From an uncultured Woeseia sp. (GTDB lineage: Bacteria > Pseudomonadota > Gammaproteobacteria > Steroidobacterales > UBA11654): 64,000 nt of DNA. Numbering within the stretch: position 1 is the stretch's first letter; every line of letters starts with the position of its first letter. Position numbers and translations under genes: made by a program. The notes under the pieces are model-generated. The model worked only from the letters and a program-made list of their open reading frames with translations. It was not told the DNA's origin and did no database searches. Shown here in pieces: positions 9,265 to 17,951 of this stretch. The stretch lies in assembly GCA_964629335.1 (NCBI GenBank), contig CAZVRH010000003.1, positions 6,212 through 70,211 of the forward strand, written 5' to 3'.

Positions 9265-10659
9265 TTAGTCCAAATAGTCTTCTATCTTTATTTTATCAAT
9301 ACCTGGAACAATTGGTCTGACTAAATCATCTACATAATCCATATCCTTAGTGGCATCAATCCCTACTCTCAATGAGGTTTTATCAGGCAGGGCTGCTCTA
9401 TCGATCTCCCAAGTCACAAAGTTTGAAAAGAGATGTATTTTTTCTGCTCTACCTATTCGAGTCCACGTAGCCCATTCAACATCATCCATATTAGATGGAT
9501 CAACATCATCGTCCACTATAATGATACGTTTTGCCATCCAAGCTAAATTAAAAAAGCCCATGTCCATCTCAAAAGCTTCCTTGATGATATCTCCAGGCTG
9601 TTTATCAGAGGATTTTTTGATAGCGATTACTACATGCATTAGTGGCCCTATTTTAGTATCAAAATGAATATCAACATCACTCACATAGGAGAAAGTTTCT
9701 TTGATTCTTTTTTTCAGTGTTTCGGAGAGTCCATATACTGTTAGGTAGCCCAAATTATTATGCTCTTTAGCTCTTCCAGCCATTAGCGTATAAAACATTG
9801 AATCCTTTCTTTTTAAAATGGATGTAACCTCACACATGGGCGCATGTTCTGTACCATACTGGGCGCCAAATTCTCCCAAAGTGTTTTCTACCATATTATT
9901 TAGGTCAACTTTGGTCTCCAACGCCATCTCTGCATCGATTGGAATTGGCAACCCACTGTCTGGTCCTAAAACAACCTTTACACCTTTACCGATCATTCCA
10001 CCTGCAACATCTAATTCAGAAACATGGTCAGGTGATTTAGAAGCAGCCGCCATTAACAAAGCAGGAGGTGCTCCCAAAACCATGACTACGTTCATATCTT
10101 TACCCTCTTCTCTGTGCCAGTTATAGCTTTTACGAAGATCACTCAAACCGCTAGCATTGATTAAAATATGATTTTTGTTTTCTATTAGACACCGGTAAAA
10201 CCCTACATTTATGTTGCCATCAGGTTTTCTAAAAATGCCTACGGCAGCCGTAATAAATGGGCCGGTGTCTAACTCAAAAAAAGTGGGGACAGGCAGACTT
10301 AAGAGATCTATGTCCTGGTCTCGTAAGATTTCCTCAGTAACAGGGCCTTTATCTTTTTCAACACAGGGTATTGGGTCGGAAACACCAAGAAGTACTTTCT
10401 GACCTGCTTGATCGTAAGTGTATTCTTCTGCGGCATCCTCATTAAAGATCAACCCATACCTATCCATGGAAGTAAATAATCCTCCAACTGCCTGGTATAT
10501 AGACCCTTGAACATTTTCAAACAAAAAAGCTTTCCCTTCTTGTTCGAGCTTTTTCATGATTGCAGCCATTTCGTATTTAGGATCAACTTCTTTTTTAATA
10601 CGAACTAAACTGCCCTTATCATCGAGTATTTTTATAATTTCTCTAAAAGACCTATGCAT
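9265..10659 (-). CDS. UbiD-family (prenyl-FMN dependent) reversible decarboxylase
   Basis: 464 aa. The N-terminus MHRSFREIIKILDDKGSLVRIKKEVDPKYEMAAIMKKLEQEGKAFLFENVQGS matches the typical UbiD family start (FRExIxxLexxGeLxrIxxxVdp...). Confidence 0.8.
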   Translation of the reverse strand: MHRSFREIIKILDDKGSLVRIKKEVDPKYEMAAIMKKLEQEGKAFLFENVQGSIYQAVGGLFTSMDRYGLIFNEDAAEEYTYDQAGQKVLLGVSDPIPCVEKDKGPVTEEILRDQDIDLLSLPVPTFFELDTGPFITAAVGIFRKPDGNINVGFYRCLIENKNHILINASGLSDLRKSYNWHREEGKDMNVVMVLGAPPALLMAAASKSPDHVSELDVAGGMIGKGVKVVLGPDSGLPIPIDAEMALETKVDLNNMVENTLGEFGAQYGTEHAPMCEVTSILKRKDSMFYTLMAGRAKEHNNLGYLTVYGLSETLKKRIKETFSYVSDVDIHFDTKIGPLMHVVIAIKKSSDKQPGDIIKEAFEMDMGFFNLAWMAKRIIIVDDDVDPSNMDDVEWATWTRIGRAEKIHLFSNFVTWEIDRAALPDKTSLRVGIDATKDMDYVDDLVRPIVPGIDKIKIEDYLD

Positions 10660-10786
10660 CTATAGTCTCACCTTAGTTATGATTTGATAGCTTACAATAG
10701 CCATTAATAATAATCTAATGTCAGCTGTTGATTGATTATCAATTTCATACTGATTATCCTTAATGAATGAAAAGAAAGGAGAGATT

Positions 10787-11893
10787 ATGAAAACTAAAGC
10801 CGCTATTGCACTCAAAGCAGCCAATGATTTAGTCATTGAAGAATTAGACCTAGAAGGACCAAAAGATAATGAGGTGCTAGTAGAAATAAAAGCAACAGGC
10901 GTGTGTCATACAGATGCTTTCACATTATCAGGAGATGATCCAGAAGGTATATTTCCAGCAGTTTTGGGGCATGAAGGTGCTGGTGTGGTTGCCGAGGTTG
11001 GAAAAGATGTTACAAGCGTTAAACCAGGTGATCATGTTATACCGTTATACACTCCTGAATGTAGAGAATGTAACTTTTGCCTAAACCCAAAAACTAACCT
11101 GTGTCAGTCAATTAGAGAAACTCAAGGTCAAGGATTAATGCCTGATGGAACATCAAGATTTTCGCTTAACGGAGAAAAGGTATTTCATTATATGGGGTGC
11201 TCCACATTTTCTAATTTTAGTGTAATGCCTGAAATAGCAGTAGCTAAAATAAGACAAGACGCTCCGTTTGATAAGGTTTGCTATATAGGATGCGGAGTAA
11301 CGACAGGAATAGGTGCCGTTGTTTTTGATGCAAAAGTTGAGGCGGGATCAAATGTAGTTGTTTTTGGACTTGGTGGAATTGGTCTAAATGTTATCCAGGG
11401 GGCGAAGATGGTAGGCGCTAATAAAATCATAGGCATCGATATCAATGAAGATAAGATTTCTTTGGCCCAAAAGTTTGGTATGACTGATTTTATTAACCCG
11501 ACTAAAACAGAAGATATAGTTGAAAACATCGTCGATCTTACTGGCGGTGGAGCAGATTACTCATTTGAATGTATCGGTAATGTAGAAACAATGAGACAAG
11601 CTTTAGAATGTTGTCATAAAGGATGGGGTGAATCTGTGATCATTGGAGTGGCCGGTGCAGGTCAAGAAATCTCAACCAGACCGTTTCAGTTGGTTACAGG
11701 AAGAGTCTGGAGAGGAAGTGCCTTTGGGGGTGCTAGAGGAAGGTCAGATGTCCCCAAGATTGTTGATTGGTATATGGATGGCAAAGTTAACATAGATGAC
11801 CTAATAACTCATAAAATGCCCTTAGATGATATAAATGAAGCATTTCACTTAATGCATGAAGGTAAATCAATACGATCAGTTATAGAATATTAA
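10787..11893 (+). CDS. adhC: S-(hydroxymethyl)glutathione dehydrogenase / class III alcohol dehydrogenase
   Basis: [11 protein letters not shown]...[36 protein letters not shown] matches class III ADH. AAAGGAGAG RBS before the ATG at 10787, which lies 8 codons inside the listed ORF. Confidence 0.85.
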   Translation: MKTKAAIALKAANDLVIEELDLEGPKDNEVLVEIKATGVCHTDAFTLSGDDPEGIFPAVLGHEGAGVVAEVGKDVTSVKPGDHVIPLYTPECRECNFCLNPKTNLCQSIRETQGQGLMPDGTSRFSLNGEKVFHYMGCSTFSNFSVMPEIAVAKIRQDAPFDKVCYIGCGVTTGIGAVVFDAKVEAGSNVVVFGLGGIGLNVIQGAKMVGANKIIGIDINEDKISLAQKFGMTDFINPTKTEDIVENIVDLTGGGADYSFECIGNVETMRQALECCHKGWGESVIIGVAGAGQEISTRPFQLVTGRVWRGSAFGGARGRSDVPKIVDWYMDGKVNIDDLITHKMPLDDINEAFHLMHEGKSIRSVIEY

Positions 11894-11896
11894 TAT

Positions 11897-11911
11897 TTTA
11901 TTATGTTCTAT
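11897..11911 (+). repeat. Left 15-bp direct repeat (putative att)
   Basis: TTTATTATGTTCTAT, identical to the copy at 13350-13364. Confidence 0.55.
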
Positions 11912-11987
11912 TATTTTTAATATATATTTCAATTATTTATATTAATTATAACTATTTTATATACTTATAGCATACATAAAATACGTT

Positions 11988-13256
11988 TTAATATAAAAAA
12001 TCAGTTATCTTGTTCATTTGACCGGGTATTAGCATAGGTGCCAACTTATCAATTTCATTTTGAACTATAACTAATGACCTTTTAAGAGACGATATATTAT
12101 CTGAAGACTCTAATCTGGTTTCATATGGATTATAGGCTTTCTTTAATCCTAAGAGTTGATAAAAATGAGTTCTAGGTATATTTGATCTATCGCATATATT
12201 TGCAAATGTTTTTCTTAAGGCCTCAGGATAGACAACCCAATCTAAATCTTTTGAATACTTTGTAAAACTTTTTCTTAAGTTCTCTATTGGTTTTTTAGTT
12301 TTTTTATTAAAAAATAAAAACTCGTTGCCAATTAAATCTTTATTGATGTCTTGATGCTTTTTTATATCTTGTAGGACGGTCTCAATGGACTCCGTGATTG
12401 GAATTATTTGAATATAGTTTTTTTTACTGATCTTTATATAACTATCACTGTAAATCTGATTCCATTTCATATTTAAAACATCTGACTTTTTAAGGCCTGT
12501 TATTAATAAAAGAAACACTGCATTTCTGGTGAGTCTATCAACTTTGTTTTCAGCCAAAGGGTCCCATAATTGATATATAAACTTTGGAAGCTCACTATCA
12601 ATAATAAGCTGTCGGTCTTTTGTCTTAGGTGAATAAGCGTTTTCACTTTTAAAAAAAGGTTTAGTTGGATTAAAGCTACTATCAATAATATTTTTTGTCG
12701 CAGCATATGAAAATACAGAAGACATAAGCCTTAAGGCATTATTCCTCGATGCAGGAGTATTGGAATTAAATTTATACCATTGGTTAATATCGAATTGAGA
12801 TATTTGACTGATTTGCTTTTCATGAAAATGTTTAAGTTTATTTCTTAGTAAATAAGATAATGAATACTTACCGTACTGGTCTGAGTATTCTTTCTTACTA
12901 ATTTTCTCCTCAATAAACTCTTTAGCAATTAAAATAAATTTAGTTGATATAGCAAATTGTTTAGCCTTACTTTTCTTAATTAGATTAGGGTCAATTCCTT
13001 TTTGTAAAAGAGACAAACAATGAAAATGTTTATCTACTGCTCTGTCTATGGATAGTGTCTTAGTTGTGCCATGTGTGATTGTTCTAGGATTGCCGCCAAA
13101 ATGAATTCTACCGTAGGTAAGGTATGAAAGCCTGCCCATAGGGTTGACTTTTATTCTAAATCCAGGGTATTGAGAAAATTTGATGAAATAAGGCTTTTCT
13201 TTAACCTCAATAGATTCAATAAAATCTATATTAATTACATCTGAAACTATATCCAT
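11988..13256 (-). CDS. Tyrosine recombinase / phage-type integrase (P4-like arm-binding N-terminus), catalytic residues apparently degenerate
   Basis: The N-terminal GFRIKVNPMGRLSYLTYGRI resembles the DUF4102 arm-binding domain. The C-terminal LLLITGLKKSDVLNMKW, EALRKTFAN and LLGLKKAYNPY align with box I and box II, but with K, E and L where R, H and H are expected. Confidence 0.65.
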   Translation of the reverse strand: MDIVSDVINIDFIESIEVKEKPYFIKFSQYPGFRIKVNPMGRLSYLTYGRIHFGGNPRTITHGTTKTLSIDRAVDKHFHCLSLLQKGIDPNLIKKSKAKQFAISTKFILIAKEFIEEKISKKEYSDQYGKYSLSYLLRNKLKHFHEKQISQISQFDINQWYKFNSNTPASRNNALRLMSSVFSYAATKNIIDSSFNPTKPFFKSENAYSPKTKDRQLIIDSELPKFIYQLWDPLAENKVDRLTRNAVFLLLITGLKKSDVLNMKWNQIYSDSYIKISKKNYIQIIPITESIETVLQDIKKHQDINKDLIGNEFLFFNKKTKKPIENLRKSFTKYSKDLDWVVYPEALRKTFANICDRSNIPRTHFYQLLGLKKAYNPYETRLESSDNISSLKRSLVIVQNEIDKLAPMLIPGQMNKITDFLY

Positions 13257-13349
13257 ATATATAGCATACTTTTAATTACCTATAATTAATATTATTAATT
13301 TATATTATTTTATAAATCAGTATTTTATAGATTTATACACTATTACAAA

Positions 13350-13364
13350 TTTATTATGTTCTAT
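13350..13364 (+). repeat. Right 15-bp direct repeat (putative att)
   Basis: TTTATTATGTTCTAT. It overlaps the stop codon of the SDR gene (13361-13363). Confidence 0.55.
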
Positions 13365-14113
13365 AAAAATACATCGCCTCCATTAGGGCTTATACACTGC
13401 CCAACAAAATGGTTGCCGTCATCCGAGGCTAAAAATAAGTATGCCGGTATTATTTCGTCAATCTTTGCTATATTGCCTTTGGGGATGCTTTCCCTAATCC
13501 CTTCTAAAATTTCTTCTGGAACCTCTGTCAACATACGTGTTTCGGTTGCTCCAGGTGCAACGCAATTTACCCTTATATTCTTATCACCAATTTCTAATGA
13601 TAGTGAGCGTGTAAATGAAATTATTGCACCTTTAGCTGCAGTATAGTGTGCAAACCCTGCACTGCCTTTGTATGCTAATTGCGAAGCTGTATTGATAATT
13701 CTTCCATAATTGTTCTGATACATTATCTTTAGGCATTCTCTAGTACACATGAATGTTCCATTAAGGTGAACTGCTAAAAGCTCGTTCCACATAGCTGTTG
13801 TCATTTCATGAACAGAGGAGCTTGTTGCTATGCCTGCATTGTTAACCAAAATATCAATTGTTCCAAATTCGTTATATGTCTTCTGAATCATTTCAATTAC
13901 TTCTTTTTCTTTTGAAACATCCGTCATATGAATTTTTGAAGCTGGAGAGACGGCCTGTATTTTCTTTAGAGCTGAAACTGCATTTTGTTCTTCGTTCTCA
14001 TTGGGGTAATTTATAATTACAGTCGCTCCTTCTTTTGCATAAGTCTCAGCTACACCTTGTCCAATTCCCGTTGAAGCTCCTGTAATCAGAGCAATTTTAT
14101 TTTCTAATTTAAT
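13361..14113 (-). CDS. Short-chain dehydrogenase/reductase (FabG-like), probable ATT start
   Basis: The listed ORF (13361..13927) starts mid-domain. The same frame is open upstream and encodes KLENKIALITGASTGIGQGVAETYAKEGATVIINY (Rossmann TGxxxGIG) with no ATG, GTG or TTG. AAGGAG lies 7 nt before ATT at 14113-14111. The YTAAK catalytic motif is present. Confidence 0.7.
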   Translation of the reverse strand: MKLENKIALITGASTGIGQGVAETYAKEGATVIINYPNENEEQNAVSALKKIQAVSPASKIHMTDVSKEKEVIEMIQKTYNEFGTIDILVNNAGIATSSSVHEMTTAMWNELLAVHLNGTFMCTRECLKIMYQNNYGRIINTASQLAYKGSAGFAHYTAAKGAIISFTRSLSLEIGDKNIRVNCVAPGATETRMLTEVPEEILEGIRESIPKGNIAKIDEIIPAYLFLASDDGNHFVGQCISPNGGDVFL

Positions 14114-14191
14114 TGGCTCTCTCCTTAGAATATGGATGATATGTAAATATTATAATTCATATCTAGATCATAGTTATTTAATATTATTGTT

Positions 14192-15211
14192 ATGAACAGA
14201 ACAAACAGTCTTGAATCCTACCACTATTACGATGAGGGTATTTTCACGAAAGAGATAAACCATATCTTTAAAGAAGAATGGCTCTGGGTTGGTCGATCAG
14301 AACAATTAAAAAACCCAGGAGACTTTGTTACAACTGATGTGGTTCACTTCCCTATAATTTTAATCAGGAACAAGGATCATCAACTTAAAGCATTTCATAA
14401 TGTTTGTCGTCATAGAGCCTCTAAAGTAGAACTACGTCAATCTGGAAATTGTAACCAACTAGTTTGCCCATACCATGGATGGCGATACTCTCTAGAGGGT
14501 TCATTATCTAACCCAGCTAAATTCCATGGAGCCGAGTCCTTCAATCATAATAACTATTCCTTGTTCGCCATCAAAATCCAAGAAAAATATGGTTTGGTTT
14601 TTATTAACCTTTCAGAGAACCCTAAACCCTTAGAAAAATGGTTGGGCCCTTTTAATGAAGTTGTAGGTAGCCAATACAAAAATGATTTTTTATTTCATAA
14701 TGAACTTAAATTTGATGTGCATGCAAATTGGAAGACTTACGTGGATAATTATCAAGAAGGCTATCATATCCCAAGCGTGCATTCCCAGCTCAACAAAGAT
14801 GTACTATGGGAAGAATATCAACTAATCAATAACGATAACTGCAGCATTCACAGTGTTCCTGAAAGAGCCGGGAGCAATCAACCCGGAAGCTTTGGTTGGC
14901 ATTTTCCTAACTTTATTTTTAACATTTATGGAAGGGGCATTGTTTACCAAAGAATAGAACCGCTCAAACCCAAGTGGTGCAGAGTAGTTTATAATCTTTT
15001 CAGGCCCTGCAATATTTCGTATGATGATTTTGAAAACAATGAAGGTAAATATCAATTAGAAGTAAGCCTAGAAGATCAAGAGTTAGTACCTGAGATTCAA
15101 CAAAACTTACAAGCAGGTGTTTACACTTCAGGTCCCTTAAGTAAAAAATATGAAACTGGGGTCGCTTATTTTCATGATTTGATAATTAACAAACTAAATA
15201 TGGAGCAATAA
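14192..15211 (+). CDS. Rieske [2Fe-2S] non-haem-iron oxygenase alpha subunit, choline-monooxygenase-like
   Basis: CRHRASKV...CPYHGWRY is the Rieske CxH...CxxH motif. DNYQEGYHIPSVH is the mononuclear-iron motif. Confidence 0.8.
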   Translation: MNRTNSLESYHYYDEGIFTKEINHIFKEEWLWVGRSEQLKNPGDFVTTDVVHFPIILIRNKDHQLKAFHNVCRHRASKVELRQSGNCNQLVCPYHGWRYSLEGSLSNPAKFHGAESFNHNNYSLFAIKIQEKYGLVFINLSENPKPLEKWLGPFNEVVGSQYKNDFLFHNELKFDVHANWKTYVDNYQEGYHIPSVHSQLNKDVLWEEYQLINNDNCSIHSVPERAGSNQPGSFGWHFPNFIFNIYGRGIVYQRIEPLKPKWCRVVYNLFRPCNISYDDFENNEGKYQLEVSLEDQELVPEIQQNLQAGVYTSGPLSKKYETGVAYFHDLIINKLNMEQ

Positions 15212-15213
15212 TA

Positions 15214-16071
15214 ATGATTCTAATAACAGGAGCAACTGGTAAATCAGGTTCTGCTACAGCCAATGAACTTTTTAAACTAGGGGTCGACTATAGAGCATTA
15301 ATTAGAAACCCTGAAAAAGAAAACGAGCTAAAAGAAATGGGTGCTGATGTCGTGATAGGATCAGTTGAAGATGTCGAATCTCTTCGATCCGCGATGACAG
15401 ATGTTGAATCAGTTCTTATATTGTTGCCAAACTCTGAAGACCAACTTAATCTTGAAAAACAAATAGTTGATATCTCGATTGAGTCCGATATTAAGAATAT
15501 TGTTAAAGTATCCTCTATAGAAGCAACTCCAGATGCTACAAGCCCAATACCCAAAGCCCATCTACAATCCGAGGATTATATAAAAGCTTCTGGTTTAAAC
15601 TGGACCATGATCAAACCTAACTTCTATATGCAGAACCTTCTATCTTCGGCAGCCACTATTAAAGAACAAGACAAAATATTTCTTCCAATGGGTGACGGAA
15701 AAACTGGCATGATTGATACCAGAGACGTTGGTAAGGTTCTTGCAAAAGTTCTTTCGGAAGACGGTCATTCATCAAAGAACTATGCTATCACCGGACCAGA
15801 AATACTATCCTTCCATGATGTAGCTGAAAAATTTTCAAATGTTTTAGGAAGAAATATCGACTACGTGGATATGCCAATGGCTGCTTATAAAGATATTCTT
15901 TCTAAGTTTTTAACAAATCAGTGGCATCTTGATTCAGTCATAGATCTGTTCTTAGGTATCGCTGAAGGGGGGATTGAGAACAAAACAGACACCTACCAAG
16001 AATTAATGGGTGAGGCACCAATATCTCTTGAAGAATACATTGAAGAACACATGTTTATTTTTAATACTTAA
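15214..16071 (+). CDS. NmrA-like atypical SDR, NAD(P)-binding
   Basis: MILITGATGKSGSATANEL (GATGxxG). 285 aa. Starts 2 nt after the Rieske gene stop. Confidence 0.7.
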   Translation: MILITGATGKSGSATANELFKLGVDYRALIRNPEKENELKEMGADVVIGSVEDVESLRSAMTDVESVLILLPNSEDQLNLEKQIVDISIESDIKNIVKVSSIEATPDATSPIPKAHLQSEDYIKASGLNWTMIKPNFYMQNLLSSAATIKEQDKIFLPMGDGKTGMIDTRDVGKVLAKVLSEDGHSSKNYAITGPEILSFHDVAEKFSNVLGRNIDYVDMPMAAYKDILSKFLTNQWHLDSVIDLFLGIAEGGIENKTDTYQELMGEAPISLEEYIEEHMFIFNT

Positions 16072-16104
16072 TAAGTATGACTAATAACAAACAGTAGAGT
16101 GATC

Positions 16105-16554
16105 ATGAAAGCAACCCAAACTGGTAGATGTCAATGTGGAGAAATATCCTATTCTTTTTTGCAGGAAAAAGTAATCTCGGCTCACCATTGTCATTGCAAA
16201 GATTGCCAACGTACTACTGGTTCAGGTAAAGCTACGATATTATTTTTAGCAAAAAAAAATCTTAGTATTGAAGGCGAATTAAAATATTTTGAAAGCAAGG
16301 GATCATCTGGTTCTCATATCAGAAGAGGGTTTTGCCAAAATTGTGGCTCGGGGGTTATGAGCTATGCAAAAGAACTTTCACATATTGTTTATATTAAAGT
16401 TGGGACTTTAGATGACTCTAGCTGGGTCAAAGTAGACTCTAATTTTTTTACTGACTCAGCCCATGATTGGAATAAACCAGATGAATCTATAAAAGGCTTT
16501 AAGGGCAACCCCAATATCCTTTCAAACATCAAAACACTATTAAAATCAGTTTAA
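16105..16554 (+). CDS. GFA-family (glutathione-dependent formaldehyde-activating / CENP-V-like) zinc protein
   Basis: Cys clusters GRCQCGE, HCHCKDCQRTTGS and FCQNCGS are typical of the GFA domain. ATG at 16105, two codons inside the GTG-started ORF. Confidence 0.75.
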   Translation: MKATQTGRCQCGEISYSFLQEKVISAHHCHCKDCQRTTGSGKATILFLAKKNLSIEGELKYFESKGSSGSHIRRGFCQNCGSGVMSYAKELSHIVYIKVGTLDDSSWVKVDSNFFTDSAHDWNKPDESIKGFKGNPNILSNIKTLLKSV

Positions 16555-16652
16555 GTATACCGCTGGAATCTTTAATAATTTAGTTATTGGGCCTGTTCAA
16601 ATACTGAGCCGCAAAACGTAAGGTTTATTCTTAATAGATATAAGAAAACAGC

Positions 16653-17951
16653 TTATAAAAAAATGAATTTAGCCAAAAATACAACTAACAAGAACCAAGC
16701 ACCTGAAGATATCTTTCTCAAATCACCTACAGCTATCTTCATAGCCACGTAAGCAATAAACCCTAAAGCAATCCCATTAGCGATGGAGAAAGTTAAAGGA
16801 ATCATAACAATCATTATTAGCGCAGGAAGCAGCTCAGTGGCATCAGACCAATCTAAATTTTCCATTCCACCAAGCATCAATACTGCGACATAAATCAGAG
16901 CCCCCGCTGTCGCGTATGCGGGTACTATTGAAGCCAAAGGCGAGAAGAAAATCGCGATTAGAAAAAATGAGCCTACGACAACCGCTGTGAGTCCTGTTCT
17001 GCCACCAGCCTCTATACCTGCTGAACTCTCTACATAGCTGGTGACAGGAGCGCAGCCAAAAAAAGCGCCTACGACACTTGAGCTACTATCGGCTTTTAAG
17101 GCTCTATCTAAGCCCTTTGCATTTCCTGCTTCGTCAATTAATTTTGCTCGATTGGCAACGCCTAAAAGGGTTCCTGTGGTATCAAAGAAATTAACAAAAA
17201 GAAACGACATAATTACGCTGATCATCGCAAGATCAAGGGCTCCTAAAATATCTAGTTGCATAAAAGTTGGTGCAACATCAGGGGGTAATGAGAGCACCCC
17301 TTGAAATTGAACAAGCCCCAAAAAAACACCTGCTAAAGTTACTGATAACACACCAATGATAATTGCTCCTGGAACTTTGCGAACTGCTAATATTGATATT
17401 AATAGAAAACCCAAAGCAGAGAGTAGTGTTTCTGTTTGAGAGAAATCACCAAGACTTAAAAAATTTGCTTCATTAGCAACAATAAGGCCTCCACTTTTTA
17501 GTCCAATAAAACCAATAAAAAGACCAACACCAGACCCCATTGCAATTCGTAGATTCAACGGAATGCTGTCCAACATCCATCGTCGTAATGGAGTGACACT
17601 CATGATGACAAATAAAATACCCGCTAAAAAAACAGCTCCTAGAGCAATCTCCCATGAATAACCCATTTCATTGACAACGTTGTATGTGAAAAAAGCATTC
17701 AGGCCCATCCCAGGCGCCAGTCCAACAGGCCAATTTGCATAAAGCCCCATAACAAAACAAGCCAAGGCAGCGGCTAAACATGTACCGACAAAGCTCGCGC
17801 CCTGATCCATGCCGCTGGCAGCCATTAGTTGAGGATTAACAAAAATAATGTAGGCCATTGTTATAAAAGTGGTAAATCCCGCAACAACTTCTTTGGTAGC
17901 AGTAGTGTTGTGAGACTCTAATTTAAAAAGTTTTTCTAGAAGGTCTTTCAT
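16653..17951 (-). CDS. NCS2/AzgA-family purine (adenine/guanine/hypoxanthine) permease
   Basis: FKLESHNTTATKEVVAGFTTFITMAYIIFVNPQ is the characteristic AzgA-family N-terminus. 432 aa and polytopic. Confidence 0.85.
   Translation of the reverse strand: MKDLLEKLFKLESHNTTATKEVVAGFTTFITMAYIIFVNPQLMAASGMDQGASFVGTCLAAALACFVMGLYANWPVGLAPGMGLNAFFTYNVVNEMGYSWEIALGAVFLAGILFVIMSVTPLRRWMLDSIPLNLRIAMGSGVGLFIGFIGLKSGGLIVANEANFLSLGDFSQTETLLSALGFLLISILAVRKVPGAIIIGVLSVTLAGVFLGLVQFQGVLSLPPDVAPTFMQLDILGALDLAMISVIMSFLFVNFFDTTGTLLGVANRAKLIDEAGNAKGLDRALKADSSSSVVGAFFGCAPVTSYVESSAGIEAGGRTGLTAVVVGSFFLIAIFFSPLASIVPAYATAGALIYVAVLMLGGMENLDWSDATELLPALIMIVMIPLTFSIANGIALGFIAYVAMKIAVGDLRKISSGAWFLLVVFLAKFIFL

Larger units (their letters stand above)
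11897..13364. mobile_element. Integrase-only AT-rich islet bounded by 15-bp direct repeats
   Basis: An exact TTTATTATGTTCTAT occurs at 11897-11911 and 13350-13364, flanking only the integrase gene. The interval is far more AT-rich than its surroundings. One repeat lies 4 nt after the adhC stop and the other overlaps the SDR stop codon. Confidence 0.55.

Noticed and set aside
10728-10742. FNR/CRP-like palindrome TTGAT-tgatt-ATCAA upstream of adhC.
   Set aside because: The spacer is 5 nt rather than the 4 nt required for an FNR box. It may still be an operator for an unknown factor, but I cannot assign it.
16588-16612. tRNA T-loop-like GTTCAAAT in the GFA/permease intergenic region.
   Set aside because: The flanking bases do not form a T-stem or acceptor stem. 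I recognised no tRNA cloverleaf there or in the other intergenic regions I read.
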